58,651 bases of DNA, taken from the NCBI GenBank assembly GCA_964581035.1, contig CAZOLO010000005.1, positions 1 to 58,651 of the forward strand, read 5' to 3'. Below the pieces are notes generated by a model, which did not search any database, was not told where the DNA came from, and was given only the letters and a program-made list of their open reading frames with translations. Shown piece by piece: positions 16,148 through 26,284 of the stretch (within the stretch, counting starts at the first letter, position 1; each line of letters begins with the position of its first letter). The DNA is from an uncultured Candidatus Saccharibacteria bacterium. Lineage in GTDB: Bacteria; Patescibacteriota; Minisyncoccia; Phycocordibacterales; CSBR16-119. Position numbers and translations under genes: made by a program.

Positions 16148-18283
16148 ATGCAAACAAAAGAATATTCTATCAATCTAGCTGGCAAGGAAATTATTGCTCG
16201 CTTCACTGATTTAGCAGACCAGGCAAATGGTTCTGTAATTTTAGAATCTGAAAATACTGTAGTTATGGCGACAGCTGTCATAAGTAAGAGTGGGGGGAAT
16301 AACCCCGGATTCTTTAATCTAACAGTAGAGTACATGGAAAAGTTTTATGCAGCAGGTTTAATTCTTGGAAGTCAGTACAATCATAGAGAGGCCCGACCAT
16401 CTGATAAAGCCGTTCTTGGAAGTCGTGTCATTGATAGAACGCTTCGGCCTCTTTTTGAAAAGCACATCAAGAATGCAGTTCAAGTAATCATCACAGTACT
16501 TGCTGTAGGAAAAGCGGATCCAGTTGTTCTAGCTATTAATGCATCATCCATTGCACTAGCAACTAGTGACATTCCTTGGGCGGGACCAGTAGGTGCTGTG
16601 CATGTAAGCAAGACCGAAAAGTCAGCAGAACTTTTGGTAAACAATTACCTACAAAAAACAAAAGGTGCTGATCCATATTCTTTGGATATGACAATATGCG
16701 GAAAAGAAGGAACTATCAACATGATTGAAACAATGTCATTTGAAGACAGCGAAGAAACAATCGGTGAGGCTTTTGAACTAGCTGTGTCAGAAATTTCTAA
16801 ACTAGAAAAATGGCAAAAAGAAATTATTTCTGATCTTGGAAAAGAAAAACTATCGTTTCCAAAACCACAGCTTCCAGAAGGAATAGCAGATTTGTATAAC
16901 GAGATGGTTGACTCAAAATTGAATGAAAAAGTTTTTGACAATCCTAAAAAGGGAGCTAATGGAATACATGACTTGGAAAATATTTGGAGGGATAAAATTA
17001 GTGAAATGTTTCCAGGTGAAGATGAAAAAGAAAAAAACCATGCTTCAATCGATCACTTCTTCCAGAGAATTGACGAGAGGGTTCACACTGAAGCAATCGT
17101 AAACAAAAGAAGGGGAGATGGTAGAGCTCTAGACGAAGTAAGAAAAATTTATGCAAAGGCTGGAGGTGTTTCACCGGTCTTGCACGGATCTGGAATCTTC
17201 TATCGAGGAGAGACTCATGTACTTTCAGTTCTTACACTCGGAGGACCAAAGGACACACTTGTGGTAGAGGGGATGGAAGTTCGAGATGAAAAAAGTTTCA
17301 TGCATCACTACAACTTCCCACCATACTCAGCAGGTGAAACAGGAAGGGTTGGAGGGTTCAACAGAAGAGAGCTTGGTCATGGAATGCTCGCTGAGAAAGC
17401 GCTCTACCCTGTGATTCCAAGTAAAGAAATTTTTCCTTACACAATTCGACTTGTATCTGAATCACTAGCTTCAAATGGATCTACTTCCCAAGCTTCTATA
17501 TCTGCGAGCTCTGTTGCTCTTATGGATGGTGGTGTTCCCATCAGCAGACCTGTAGCCGGACTTGCAATGGGCGCAATGCTTTCTGCTGATGGTAAAGATT
17601 TTGTAGTAGTTACAGACCCCCAAGCAGCAGAAGATCACTTTGGAGATATGGATTTCAAAGTGGCTGGAACTCGAGTTGGTGTGACAGCGATACAGTTGGA
17701 TATAAAAGTTGGAGGTATGCCCGTTGCTGTTCTTAAAGAAGGTCTTGTAGGTGCAAAGAAAGCGCGACTTCATCTAATAGATGTTATTGAGGAAGAGATA
17801 TCTACCCCACGAACTGAGGTTGCAGCTAGTGCACCAAGAATTGTTTCATACAAAATCAAAGAAGATCAGATCGGAATGGTTATTGGAAAAGGAGGTGAAA
17901 CCATCCAAGGATTACAAGAAGAAACTGGAGCTGAAATATCTATCGAAGATGATGGAGTGGTCACAGCAACTGGTAGAGATGGAGCCGCTGAGATGGCGAT
18001 AGAAAAAATTAAAGCCTTAACAAAAGAGTGGACAATAGGTGAAAGAGCGGAAGCTGTTATCACAAAGATCATGGACTTCGGAGCCTTTGCAAAACTTCCA
18101 AACGGACACGAAGGACTTATTCATGTTTCAGAGATTGCAGGATTCCGAATAGAAAATGTTTCTGAATACTTAGCAGAAGGACAGACTGTCCCTGTTGTAG
18201 TGAAGAAACTTGAAAGAGGAAAGATTGGTTTGTCATTAAAAGATGCACAACCAGACTTCGTGAAACAAAAGGAGGCTAAATAA
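16148..18283 (+). CDS. pnp: Polyribonucleotide nucleotidyltransferase (PNPase)
   Basis: Two RNase PH domains (RVIDRTLRPLF, HYNFPPYS, SNGSTS, GDMDFKVAGT), KH (VIGKGG) and S1. Confidence 0.97.
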   Translation: MQTKEYSINLAGKEIIARFTDLADQANGSVILESENTVVMATAVISKSGGNNPGFFNLTVEYMEKFYAAGLILGSQYNHREARPSDKAVLGSRVIDRTLRPLFEKHIKNAVQVIITVLAVGKADPVVLAINASSIALATSDIPWAGPVGAVHVSKTEKSAELLVNNYLQKTKGADPYSLDMTICGKEGTINMIETMSFEDSEETIGEAFELAVSEISKLEKWQKEIISDLGKEKLSFPKPQLPEGIADLYNEMVDSKLNEKVFDNPKKGANGIHDLENIWRDKISEMFPGEDEKEKNHASIDHFFQRIDERVHTEAIVNKRRGDGRALDEVRKIYAKAGGVSPVLHGSGIFYRGETHVLSVLTLGGPKDTLVVEGMEVRDEKSFMHHYNFPPYSAGETGRVGGFNRRELGHGMLAEKALYPVIPSKEIFPYTIRLVSESLASNGSTSQASISASSVALMDGGVPISRPVAGLAMGAMLSADGKDFVVVTDPQAAEDHFGDMDFKVAGTRVGVTAIQLDIKVGGMPVAVLKEGLVGAKKARLHLIDVIEEEISTPRTEVAASAPRIVSYKIKEDQIGMVIGKGGETIQGLQEETGAEISIEDDGVVTATGRDGAAEMAIEKIKALTKEWTIGERAEAVITKIMDFGAFAKLPNGHEGLIHVSEIAGFRIENVSEYLAEGQTVPVVVKKLERGKIGLSLKDAQPDFVKQKEAK

Positions 18284-18388
18284 AAAAGTGAAACAATGAG
18301 AAGCCCACACATGTGGGTTTTTTATTATACTTGATAAAGCAGATATCTTATGATATTTTAGCTTCAACAAGAACCTTAAATTCAAATC

Positions 18389-18988
18389 ATGAAGAAATTT
18401 TTTGCAACATTGATTATTTCAGTAGTTATCACTGGAATGTACTCTTGTGAACCCAGAAACAAAAACCTCAATAACAATTTTGTAGAAGGAGCTCAGGCTT
18501 CTGAAGAAGATGCCATGTCCACCATAGACAGAAAAAAATGGATACCGAAAACTAAAATGGATTCCATCTTTGTTGAGACGGTGAATGAGGCAGAAAACTT
18601 CATAGACCTCTATGGGGACACTCTTATCCACGATGACTTTTGGTGGGACTCAAACCTTGCAAAAGATATCGAGTTTAACAGAATTAGAATTTGCCCACTC
18701 CGAAACATGCTGACCATAGAAAAGAGACCTTTTCCATGCAAACCAAATGTTCCAGTGATTAGAATAAGCCTTGAAAGGAATTTTAATGGCAGCTATTTTA
18801 TTGAAAAAAGCTACTTCGAAAACAATCAAGAGGTTGTTGAACAGAGGATGCAGATTCACATATACACCAACGAAGAGATGGAGAAAGCTACTGCTATTTT
18901 CAAAAGCCGCATCAAGGAAGCCCACGGATACACGGATGGGTTCCGAGAAAAATCTTTAACCTATCGATTAAAACAGATATCTGAGTAA
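18389..18988 (+). CDS. Putative lipoprotein, hypothetical
   Basis: MKKFFATLIISVVITGMYS-C signal; own promoter and terminator (~19002-19030). Confidence 0.65.
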   Translation: MKKFFATLIISVVITGMYSCEPRNKNLNNNFVEGAQASEEDAMSTIDRKKWIPKTKMDSIFVETVNEAENFIDLYGDTLIHDDFWWDSNLAKDIEFNRIRICPLRNMLTIEKRPFPCKPNVPVIRISLERNFNGSYFIEKSYFENNQEVVEQRMQIHIYTNEEMEKATAIFKSRIKEAHGYTDGFREKSLTYRLKQISE

Positions 18989-19061
18989 GATAATTGTTGA
19001 TGAGCCTCCCACATTTTTGTGGGAGGTTTTTTGTTTTCAATTTCAAGGTATAATAATTCTA

Positions 19062-20063
19062 ATGGAAGGAAATAACAAAAATGAAAAAGAGTTTTCAGGT
19101 GGAGTAGAGTTTCACAAAGAGGCTCCTGTAGAAACACCCAAAGAGGAGCTTTCACAAATGAAAGACAAGCCAACAGAAACTGTTGGGGGTATTGAGTTTG
19201 CAAAGGAGAAAAAAGAAGAAGAAAAAATAGAAGCAAAAGAAATCTCAGCAGAGAAAAAAGTTTTTCGTACAATGTCAGCAGACATCGGAAACAGAGCGGG
19301 CCAAAAACAAGGGGCGGCTCTGCAGGCTATTTTAAAACAAGAAAGAGAGAATAAAGAAGCTCAGAAAAGGAGGCAAACTAATCTGGTTTTTGGTCTTGTT
19401 AGTTTAGTTCTTTTTGTTTCAGCCGTAGGAATATTTTTCTATGCAACAAGAGAAGAAGCACCCGTAGAACAGAAGACTCAGGTGGTTCAAAGGTCAATAG
19501 TCTATGCAGAAAACCACAACAGAATCGACACAACAAATATTCTACCAATTACACTTGTCTCAAAAATAAGTAGTAAAGTTTCTTCAGGAGGTTCTGATAT
19601 TGGAGAAGTGACAAACTTATACTTCACAAAGAATATTGGAGATAATAAAGTTCAGACACTTAGCTCAAAAGAATTTCTTGGGGCAATCCAAAGTAGCATT
19701 CCTGGTGCCATGATAAATTCACTAGGAAAAGATTTTATGCTTGGAGTTTATTCAGGGGATACAGTTAAGCCGTTTTTAATTCTTGAAGCACCTATAAGAA
19801 ACACCTCTTCACAGATGAAAATTTGGGAGTCAACGCTTCTACAAGACATGTCTAGAATATTAGATATTGAAGTCATGGACACAGACCTCTATATTAAACC
19901 TTGGCAAGATGTTCAAATACAAAACAAGAACACTAGAGTATTATTGGATAATGAATCGAACCTAGTCTTGAGCTACACATATATATCAGATGATCTTCTG
20001 GTTATAACAACCAGCCAAATAGCAATTCAAGAAATATTACAGAGGCTTGCAACACAGTTTTAA
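19062..20063 (+). CDS. Single-pass membrane hypothetical protein
   Basis: Charged N-terminus, one TM helix (LVFGLVSLVLFVSAVGIFFY), extracytoplasmic domain; ATG 7 nt after TATAAT. Confidence 0.75.
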   Translation: MEGNNKNEKEFSGGVEFHKEAPVETPKEELSQMKDKPTETVGGIEFAKEKKEEEKIEAKEISAEKKVFRTMSADIGNRAGQKQGAALQAILKQERENKEAQKRRQTNLVFGLVSLVLFVSAVGIFFYATREEAPVEQKTQVVQRSIVYAENHNRIDTTNILPITLVSKISSKVSSGGSDIGEVTNLYFTKNIGDNKVQTLSSKEFLGAIQSSIPGAMINSLGKDFMLGVYSGDTVKPFLILEAPIRNTSSQMKIWESTLLQDMSRILDIEVMDTDLYIKPWQDVQIQNKNTRVLLDNESNLVLSYTYISDDLLVITTSQIAIQEILQRLATQF

Positions 20064-20081
20064 TTAACTATAATTAACCTT

Positions 20082-20447
20082 ATGAACACAGACAAACTAC
20101 AATACTATAAAGAATTACTTTTAAAAGAAATGGATCAGATGACAGGCGAACTTTCAAGGCTTGGAATTAAGGACCCAGAGAACGGAGACTGGGGTGCAAC
20201 CCTAGGAAAGGAAAATGAAGGAGATAACGCAGACCCAAACACTCAAGCTGACCGAGATGAAGAATTCCTAGAGAGAGCAAATGTATTAGGAGAAATCGAG
20301 ACAAGATATAGAGAGCTTCAAAGTGCTCTATATAAAATCAATCACGAACCTGAGAAATATGGAATATGTGAAGAGTCAGGTCAACCAATTGAAGAAGATC
20401 GACTTACTGCAAACCCATCTGCAAAAACTTGTAAAGCTCACATGTAG
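20082..20447 (+). CDS. TraR/DksA-family protein (degenerate Zn finger)
   Basis: Coiled coil, then YGICEESGQPIEEDRL.ANPSAKTC. Confidence 0.85.
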   Translation: MNTDKLQYYKELLLKEMDQMTGELSRLGIKDPENGDWGATLGKENEGDNADPNTQADRDEEFLERANVLGEIETRYRELQSALYKINHEPEKYGICEESGQPIEEDRLTANPSAKTCKAHM

Positions 20448-20490
20448 AAAAAACCGCGAAAGCGGTTTTTTGTTTTGATATAATAAAAAC

Positions 20491-21999
20491 ATGTCATTTT
20501 CTCGTGTGTACTCAGCACAACCTTATCTCCTAAAAGGAGCACTTGTGACCATCGAAACAGACTTATCATCTGGATCTCTTCATGCTTTTAATATTGTAGG
20601 ACTAGGAGACAAAGCGGTGGACGAGGCCAAAGACCGGGTAAGCTCAGCTATAAAAAATTCTAACTATAAGTCTCCTAAAAAAGAGAACATGAAGATTGTC
20701 GTTTCACTTTCACCGGCCGACATGAAAAAAGAAGGTTCATACTTTGACCTTGGGATTGCCATAGGGTACTTATTAGCACACGAAGATATTTATTTTGAAA
20801 CTGACGGGAAACTATTTATCGGAGAATTAGCATTAGATGGGACAATCAAACCTCTCAGAGGAGTCCTACCGCTTGTTGAAGCTGCAAAGCAAAATGGATT
20901 TAAAGAAATCTTTGTTCCAAAAGAGAATGCGCTTGAAGCAGCTCTAGTAGATGACATAAATGTTTATGGCGCATATTCTTTAGAAGAAGTAATTAACCAT
21001 CTTGATCAAGGGAAGTCCGAACTTTATATTCCTGTACAACCAAAAACAAACATTAGTTTTGAGTCACAGGAATCCACATTGGATTTTTGTGATGTAAAAG
21101 GCCAGGCTATGGCAAAAAGAGGATTAGAAATAGCTGCCGCTGGTGGACATAATATCTGTATGTATGGACCACCTGGAACAGGAAAAACAATGTTAGCAAA
21201 ATTATTTGCAACCATTCTGCCAAATCTATCAAAAGATGAAGTTCTTGAGGTGACCGGTATACACTCTATCGCTGGAACGACAGGAGGATCGCTTGTAACC
21301 CAACCTCCATTTCGATCACCACATCACACAAGCTCTTATGTTTCACTTATTGGGGGAGGTTCAACACCAAAGCCAGGAGAGGTTACTCTAGCCCATAAAG
21401 GAGTTCTATTTCTAGATGAATTCCCAGAATTTGAAAAAAGAGTCTTAGAAAGTTTGCGCCAGCCCTTAGAAGATAGGGTGGTGACAGTTTCTAGGGCAAA
21501 AGGAACGGTAGTTTTCCCAACAAATTTTATACTAATAGCGGCTATGAATCCGCCAGAAAAAGATGCGTCTTTTATGGAAAAATTACGCCAAAAGAAAAAA
21601 ATATCAGGACCAATTATGGACAGAATAGATATGTGGGTAGAAGTTTCTGAGATTGATTATGAAAAACTAGGATCTAAAGAAAAGGAGGGTGAGGAAAGCC
21701 TAGCTATTAAAAATAGAGTTAAATCAGCAAGAGATATACAAAAGAAAAGGTTTGAATCTGGTAAAAGGTCTGTAAACAACGAAATGAACGTTCGAGAGCT
21801 ACATAGACACGCAGAGCTTAATGAAGAAACAAAACAGATTCTAAATAAATCAGCTGAAAAGTTGAGTCTATCAGCCAGAGCTTATCACCGAGTAATCAAG
21901 CTAGCTAGAACAATAGCAGATTTAGATAAAAAAAATACTATTGAGACAAATCATATATTAGAGGCCTTACAGTACAGACCAAAAGATCTTTTTGAGTAA
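20491..21999 (+). CDS. comM: ComM/YifB Mg-chelatase-like AAA+ ATPase
   Basis: KKEGSYFDL, GPPGTGKT, PFRSPHH, GEVTLAHKGVLFLDE, ARTIADL. Confidence 0.93.
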   Translation: MSFSRVYSAQPYLLKGALVTIETDLSSGSLHAFNIVGLGDKAVDEAKDRVSSAIKNSNYKSPKKENMKIVVSLSPADMKKEGSYFDLGIAIGYLLAHEDIYFETDGKLFIGELALDGTIKPLRGVLPLVEAAKQNGFKEIFVPKENALEAALVDDINVYGAYSLEEVINHLDQGKSELYIPVQPKTNISFESQESTLDFCDVKGQAMAKRGLEIAAAGGHNICMYGPPGTGKTMLAKLFATILPNLSKDEVLEVTGIHSIAGTTGGSLVTQPPFRSPHHTSSYVSLIGGGSTPKPGEVTLAHKGVLFLDEFPEFEKRVLESLRQPLEDRVVTVSRAKGTVVFPTNFILIAAMNPPEKDASFMEKLRQKKKISGPIMDRIDMWVEVSEIDYEKLGSKEKEGEESLAIKNRVKSARDIQKKRFESGKRSVNNEMNVRELHRHAELNEETKQILNKSAEKLSLSARAYHRVIKLARTIADLDKKNTIETNHILEALQYRPKDLFE

Positions 22000-22057
22000 T
22001 TGTTGACGGGTCATTGATTTCGTGTAATATTGAGAACAAACAAAAAGGTAAACAAAA

Positions 22058-22819
22058 ATGGTACTAAAACAAGGAGGGGGTGGAACACATCTCCGAACAA
22101 AAAATGGAAGCCTTGGGATCACCTCGACCTCAAAAGAGGCTGACGCAAGACTACAAGAGTTAGGGAATTGTTTGACTAAGAGATTTAAGTCTCTTGGATT
22201 TCCCATAGTCACCCCAATGCTCATCCCAGTAGGAGATTCGGAAAACAAAAAAAGGTTGGTGTTCCAGCTTCCTAGTGGGACCAATATAGACAAATTGGAC
22301 GGCTTTACAGTTATAACAAATGGGACCAATAGAGTTGCGGCATTCCCTGCGACATTCCTATCTTCTAAACTTGGTGAATTATCAGAATTACTGAATTCAT
22401 CTAATTTCAAAATTACTCGATATAGAATCAGTCGAGATAATGAGCTAGATGTAATCATAAAAGTCAGCACTATTGAGGAGGTGAATGATTTAATGGCTTT
22501 AGTAAAAGATAAGCACCCAATTAGAACCTTCAACAGTGATGCTATGGGGTGTGTAATACATCTAGAGATAGACCCGTCATTGGCAAAAGAAAAAAAAGCG
22601 GAGAGTTCTGAAAAAGAGCCGGAAAGCAATCTAATGATAGAGATGAAAAATCTTGTATCTAAAATGATTAACGATCCAGACTTTCTTTCTGATGAGCAAA
22701 AGCAAGAGTACATTAAAGCTTGGCTTCCTCCAGAAATGGGAATCTTCAAAAAAGAAGGATCCGTTTTAGTCCCTGGAACAAAGGATGTTTACATGATTAA
22801 ACTGGAAAACCTTATTTAA
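22058..22819 (+). CDS. Hypothetical protein (253 aa)
   Basis: Own TTGACG-16-TAATAT promoter (22003-22030) and terminator 22822-22849. Confidence 0.65.
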   Translation: MVLKQGGGGTHLRTKNGSLGITSTSKEADARLQELGNCLTKRFKSLGFPIVTPMLIPVGDSENKKRLVFQLPSGTNIDKLDGFTVITNGTNRVAAFPATFLSSKLGELSELLNSSNFKITRYRISRDNELDVIIKVSTIEEVNDLMALVKDKHPIRTFNSDAMGCVIHLEIDPSLAKEKKAESSEKEPESNLMIEMKNLVSKMINDPDFLSDEQKQEYIKAWLPPEMGIFKKEGSVLVPGTKDVYMIKLENLI

Positions 22820-22848
22820 TCAAAAAAGGACCGCTTGCGGTCCTTTTT

Positions 22849-23970
22849 TTAATAGTTTAGATATGTTTGATAGAAGACATTATCTTCCATTTGTTTTCCA
22901 TTTGCATCTCTAATTTCAAAGTGAACATGAGGCCCTGTGACTCGTCCAGTTGAACCAAGCTTAGCAATAACCTGACCCTGGACAACTCTCTGACCTTTCT
23001 TTACGGAGTTACTTGTATTGTGACCATATCGAGTAATTGTACCGTCGTCATGTTTTATTTCAACTAGGTTTCCATAACCATAGTACCACTGGCTCATAGT
23101 TACCACACCGTCTTTTGCAGCAACAATGGCTGTTCCCCTAGGTGCCCCAATATCAACTCCTCCATGATTGTTTCCCTTATAATAACCACTTCTATTTGCA
23201 AAGCTGGTGCTTCCATAACCTTGAGTAACAACACCTCCGTTTACCGGCCACATCCACTCTCCAAGTTTGTCAGATGAAATTTGAGAAGGAACAGATGATA
23301 AAACCTTTACATAAGTAGATTTTTGAGAAGATGAAGATGTTTGAGTCTTTACAGCAACAGAAGACTTTCCTCCGGGTATAAATATCTCTTTACCAACCTG
23401 AAGGCCTGAAGCATCAACTACTCCGTTAAATGTCTTTATGGCGCTTGTTTCTGCTTTATAAGCCTTAGCTATACCTCCTAAAGTGTCACCTTTTTTAATC
23501 TTATGATAAACACCATCTGCTGGTGGAATCTTCAAATCTTGACCTGCTCTTATATATTCTTTTGCACCAAGATCATTTCTCCATCTAATAGTTTCTGATT
23601 TTACATTAAACAACTCAGCAATATGAGAAAGGGTGTCTCCAGGTCTTACAATGTATACATTCTCCTCTTTTCCTGTAGCAGAAACATACTCACCAGGAAG
23701 TAGTGAAAACAACCCTGTTTCAGCAACAATAAACATTCCAGTTTCATCAAAAGATACTTCTGGACCACCTTTGTCAGCATCTGGGTCTGGAGAAATTGAA
23801 GCAGCCAGAAGGGGGATTGTTTGTGAGTTGTGATATACAACATCTTGAGCCTCAACGTTTGTTATAAATAGGCTTTGAACAAAGGAAAATACCCCAGCAT
23901 ATGTCATAGCAGGAATAAAAAGAAGCAACAAAGAAGCCAATAGTGCTTGGTTGGTTGGGTTTTTTGTAAT
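22849..23970 (-). CDS. 2x LysM + M23 peptidase (NlpD/MepM-like); start uncertain (TTG 23940 or ATT 23970)
   Basis: YIVRPGDTLSHIA and HKIKKGDTLGGIA LysM repeats; HGGVD, RYGH, GPHVHFEIR. Confidence 0.88.
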   Translation of the reverse strand: MTKNPTNQALLASLLLLFIPAMTYAGVFSFVQSLFITNVEAQDVVYHNSQTIPLLAASISPDPDADKGGPEVSFDETGMFIVAETGLFSLLPGEYVSATGKEENVYIVRPGDTLSHIAELFNVKSETIRWRNDLGAKEYIRAGQDLKIPPADGVYHKIKKGDTLGGIAKAYKAETSAIKTFNGVVDASGLQVGKEIFIPGGKSSVAVKTQTSSSSQKSTYVKVLSSVPSQISSDKLGEWMWPVNGGVVTQGYGSTSFANRSGYYKGNNHGGVDIGAPRGTAIVAAKDGVVTMSQWYYGYGNLVEIKHDDGTITRYGHNTSNSVKKGQRVVQGQVIAKLGSTGRVTGPHVHFEIRDANGKQMEDNVFYQTYLNY

Positions 23971-24226
23971 ATAAAACCCTCTATATATCTTCTGAATTCG
24001 CCCTTGGAAGGAACTTGAGGGTTCAGAGTCTTGTGAGTTTGTAATTATAAGCCAGTGTTTTTGGTTTTACACAGAAAATCTATGATAAACCATGGAGCAG
24101 CGCCGTTTTCTATCTATACATATATATAGTAAAACCCAGAGCACCTCCTCTTCTAGTGATATCTAATATGTTACCCGAGCCAAGATCTAAGTCAATAGGG
24201 ATGGGGAAAAGATATGTGGTCTTATT

Positions 24227-24235
24227 TTATCCACA
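24227..24235 (+). promoter_or_regulatory. Perfect DnaA box upstream of pcrA
   Basis: TTATCCACA. Confidence 0.5.
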
Positions 24236-24296
24236 AAATAGGCCCAAAATAGCCTTTATTGATAGGGTTATTTTCAGATGTGTTATTATTGTCTTC

Positions 24297-26264
24297 ATGC
24301 AACATCTTGAAGGTTTAAATGACAAACAAAAGGAGGCTGTCTTAACTATAAAAGGACCACTTTTAATTCTAGCTGGGGCTGGAGCCGGAAAAACCAAGAC
24401 TCTAACACACCGAATAGCCCACATTGTTCACGAGGGGGTGTCTCCATCACAAGTTCTGGCTGTGACTTTTACAAACAAAGCTGCAAAGGAGATGCGAGAC
24501 AGGGTTTCCACTCTCTTGGAGCACGATAATCTGATGGGAAGAGGTCTCCCGTTTGTTTCAACCTTTCACTCTCTTGGAGTAAAGATGATAAAAGACCATC
24601 CTTCAGTATTCAATACAAAAAAACACTTTTCTATCCTTGACCAAAAGGACGCACTAAGACTTATCAAAGCATCTTTGGTTGATTCTGGTTTTGATCCAAA
24701 AGAGTTTGAACCAAAAAAAGCCATGGGAATAATTTCCAGACAAAAAGGTCTTGGAAACACGGTAGAGGAGATGAGAGGTAATGTTCAATCTGCTGTAGAA
24801 GAGCTTATCGTAGAGGTGTGGGATAAGTATGAAAAGAAAAAGAAAAAAGAAGATGCTTTTGATTTTGATGACCTGCTTCTTCTGCCTATGAGAGCCTTAG
24901 AAGAAAATAAAGTTCTAAGAGATTTCTATAGAAAAAAATGGACCTATGTACATATAGATGAATATCAAGATACAAACGAGGTTCAGTACCGAATGGTCTT
25001 GTCTTTGATTGGACCAGATAAGAATATTTGTGTGGTTGGAGACGGGGACCAAAATATTTACAGTTGGAGAGGTGCAAACTTAAAAAACATTCTAAACTTT
25101 GAACATGATTTCTCTGGGGCTAAGACTGTATTGCTTGAGCAGAACTATAGATCAACAAAGAATATTCTATCTGCAGCAAATAACGTTATAGAAAAAAACA
25201 CAAAAAGAAAAAAGAAAACTCTCTTCACGAAAAATAAAGAAGGTGAGTTAATACACTATTACACAGCTAGAAATGAGTGGGATGAGGCTAGTTTTGTGGG
25301 GGAGACAATCCAAAAACTTATAGAAGAAGGTGCAACGCCTAAAGACTTTGCCATTCTGTACCGAGCGAACTTCCAATCACGTATCTTAGAAGAGGCTATG
25401 CTCTCTTCGTCTATTCCATATACAGTTCTTGGAGTTAAATTCTTTGACCGAAAGGAAGTAAAAGACGTTCTTTCATATATTAAAGCTGGCCTAAATAAAG
25501 ACAGCCTATCTGATGTCGCTAGAATAATTAACTTCCCAAAAAGAGGTATAGGAAAGGTGACAATAGCCAAGCTTTTCGCAGGTGATGGTGATAGCTTACC
25601 CGTAAAAACACAGATTAAAATTAAAGATTTTTATAATACACTAGGGAAAATTGGTGAAGCCGCTGAGAATCTAGAACCAAGCGCTGCAGTATTATTGGCT
25701 ATTCAAAAAAGTGGAATTGAAAATGAATACAAGACAGGTGGAACAGAAGAAGACTTTGAAAGGCTGGAAAATATAAAAGAGCTTATAACTTTTGCAAAAA
25801 AATACGATGAGATAGAAGATGGACTAAGCCTAATGCTTGAAGAAGCGGCATTAGCTTCAGACCAAGACACACTTACTCTGGAAGAAAAACAATCAAAAGA
25901 TGCCGTAAAGATGATGACTGTTCACGCATCAAAAGGTTTAGAGTTCCCACATGTATTTATTGTTGGACTTGAGCAAGATTTGTTTCCACACAGACGAGGG
26001 GATTCTCAGACAATTGAAGAGTCAGAAGAAGAAAGAAGGTTGTTCTATGTAGCCCTAACTCGAGGAGAGCAAAAGGTATATCTTAGTAGAGCAGTAATGA
26101 GAACAATCTTTGGAGAGACAAAACTACAATACCCTTCAGAATTCATCTCTGATATCCCTGAGGAGCTTCTAGATGCAACAGAGTACGAGGAGACTTATAT
26201 CAGTAGCAATAAAAAAGACAGTGGTGGAGATTCTTTCTTTGATTCAGTTGTATATCTTGATTAA
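24297..26264 (+). CDS. pcrA: PcrA/UvrD DNA helicase
   Basis: LAGAGAGKT, TFTNKAA, DEYQDTN, GDGDQNIYSWRGA, TVHASKGLEF, EERRLFYVA; start MQHLEG. Confidence 0.95.
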   Translation: MQHLEGLNDKQKEAVLTIKGPLLILAGAGAGKTKTLTHRIAHIVHEGVSPSQVLAVTFTNKAAKEMRDRVSTLLEHDNLMGRGLPFVSTFHSLGVKMIKDHPSVFNTKKHFSILDQKDALRLIKASLVDSGFDPKEFEPKKAMGIISRQKGLGNTVEEMRGNVQSAVEELIVEVWDKYEKKKKKEDAFDFDDLLLLPMRALEENKVLRDFYRKKWTYVHIDEYQDTNEVQYRMVLSLIGPDKNICVVGDGDQNIYSWRGANLKNILNFEHDFSGAKTVLLEQNYRSTKNILSAANNVIEKNTKRKKKTLFTKNKEGELIHYYTARNEWDEASFVGETIQKLIEEGATPKDFAILYRANFQSRILEEAMLSSSIPYTVLGVKFFDRKEVKDVLSYIKAGLNKDSLSDVARIINFPKRGIGKVTIAKLFAGDGDSLPVKTQIKIKDFYNTLGKIGEAAENLEPSAAVLLAIQKSGIENEYKTGGTEEDFERLENIKELITFAKKYDEIEDGLSLMLEEAALASDQDTLTLEEKQSKDAVKMMTVHASKGLEFPHVFIVGLEQDLFPHRRGDSQTIEESEEERRLFYVALTRGEQKVYLSRAVMRTIFGETKLQYPSEFISDIPEELLDATEYEETYISSNKKDSGGDSFFDSVVYLD

Positions 26265-26284
26265 ACACGCTAGTCTACATATAT

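Noticed and set aside
23971-24160. c-di-AMP (ydaO) or lysine riboswitch upstream of LysM-M23
   Set aside because: The conserved motifs of these riboswitches were not found; kept only as an unknown leader
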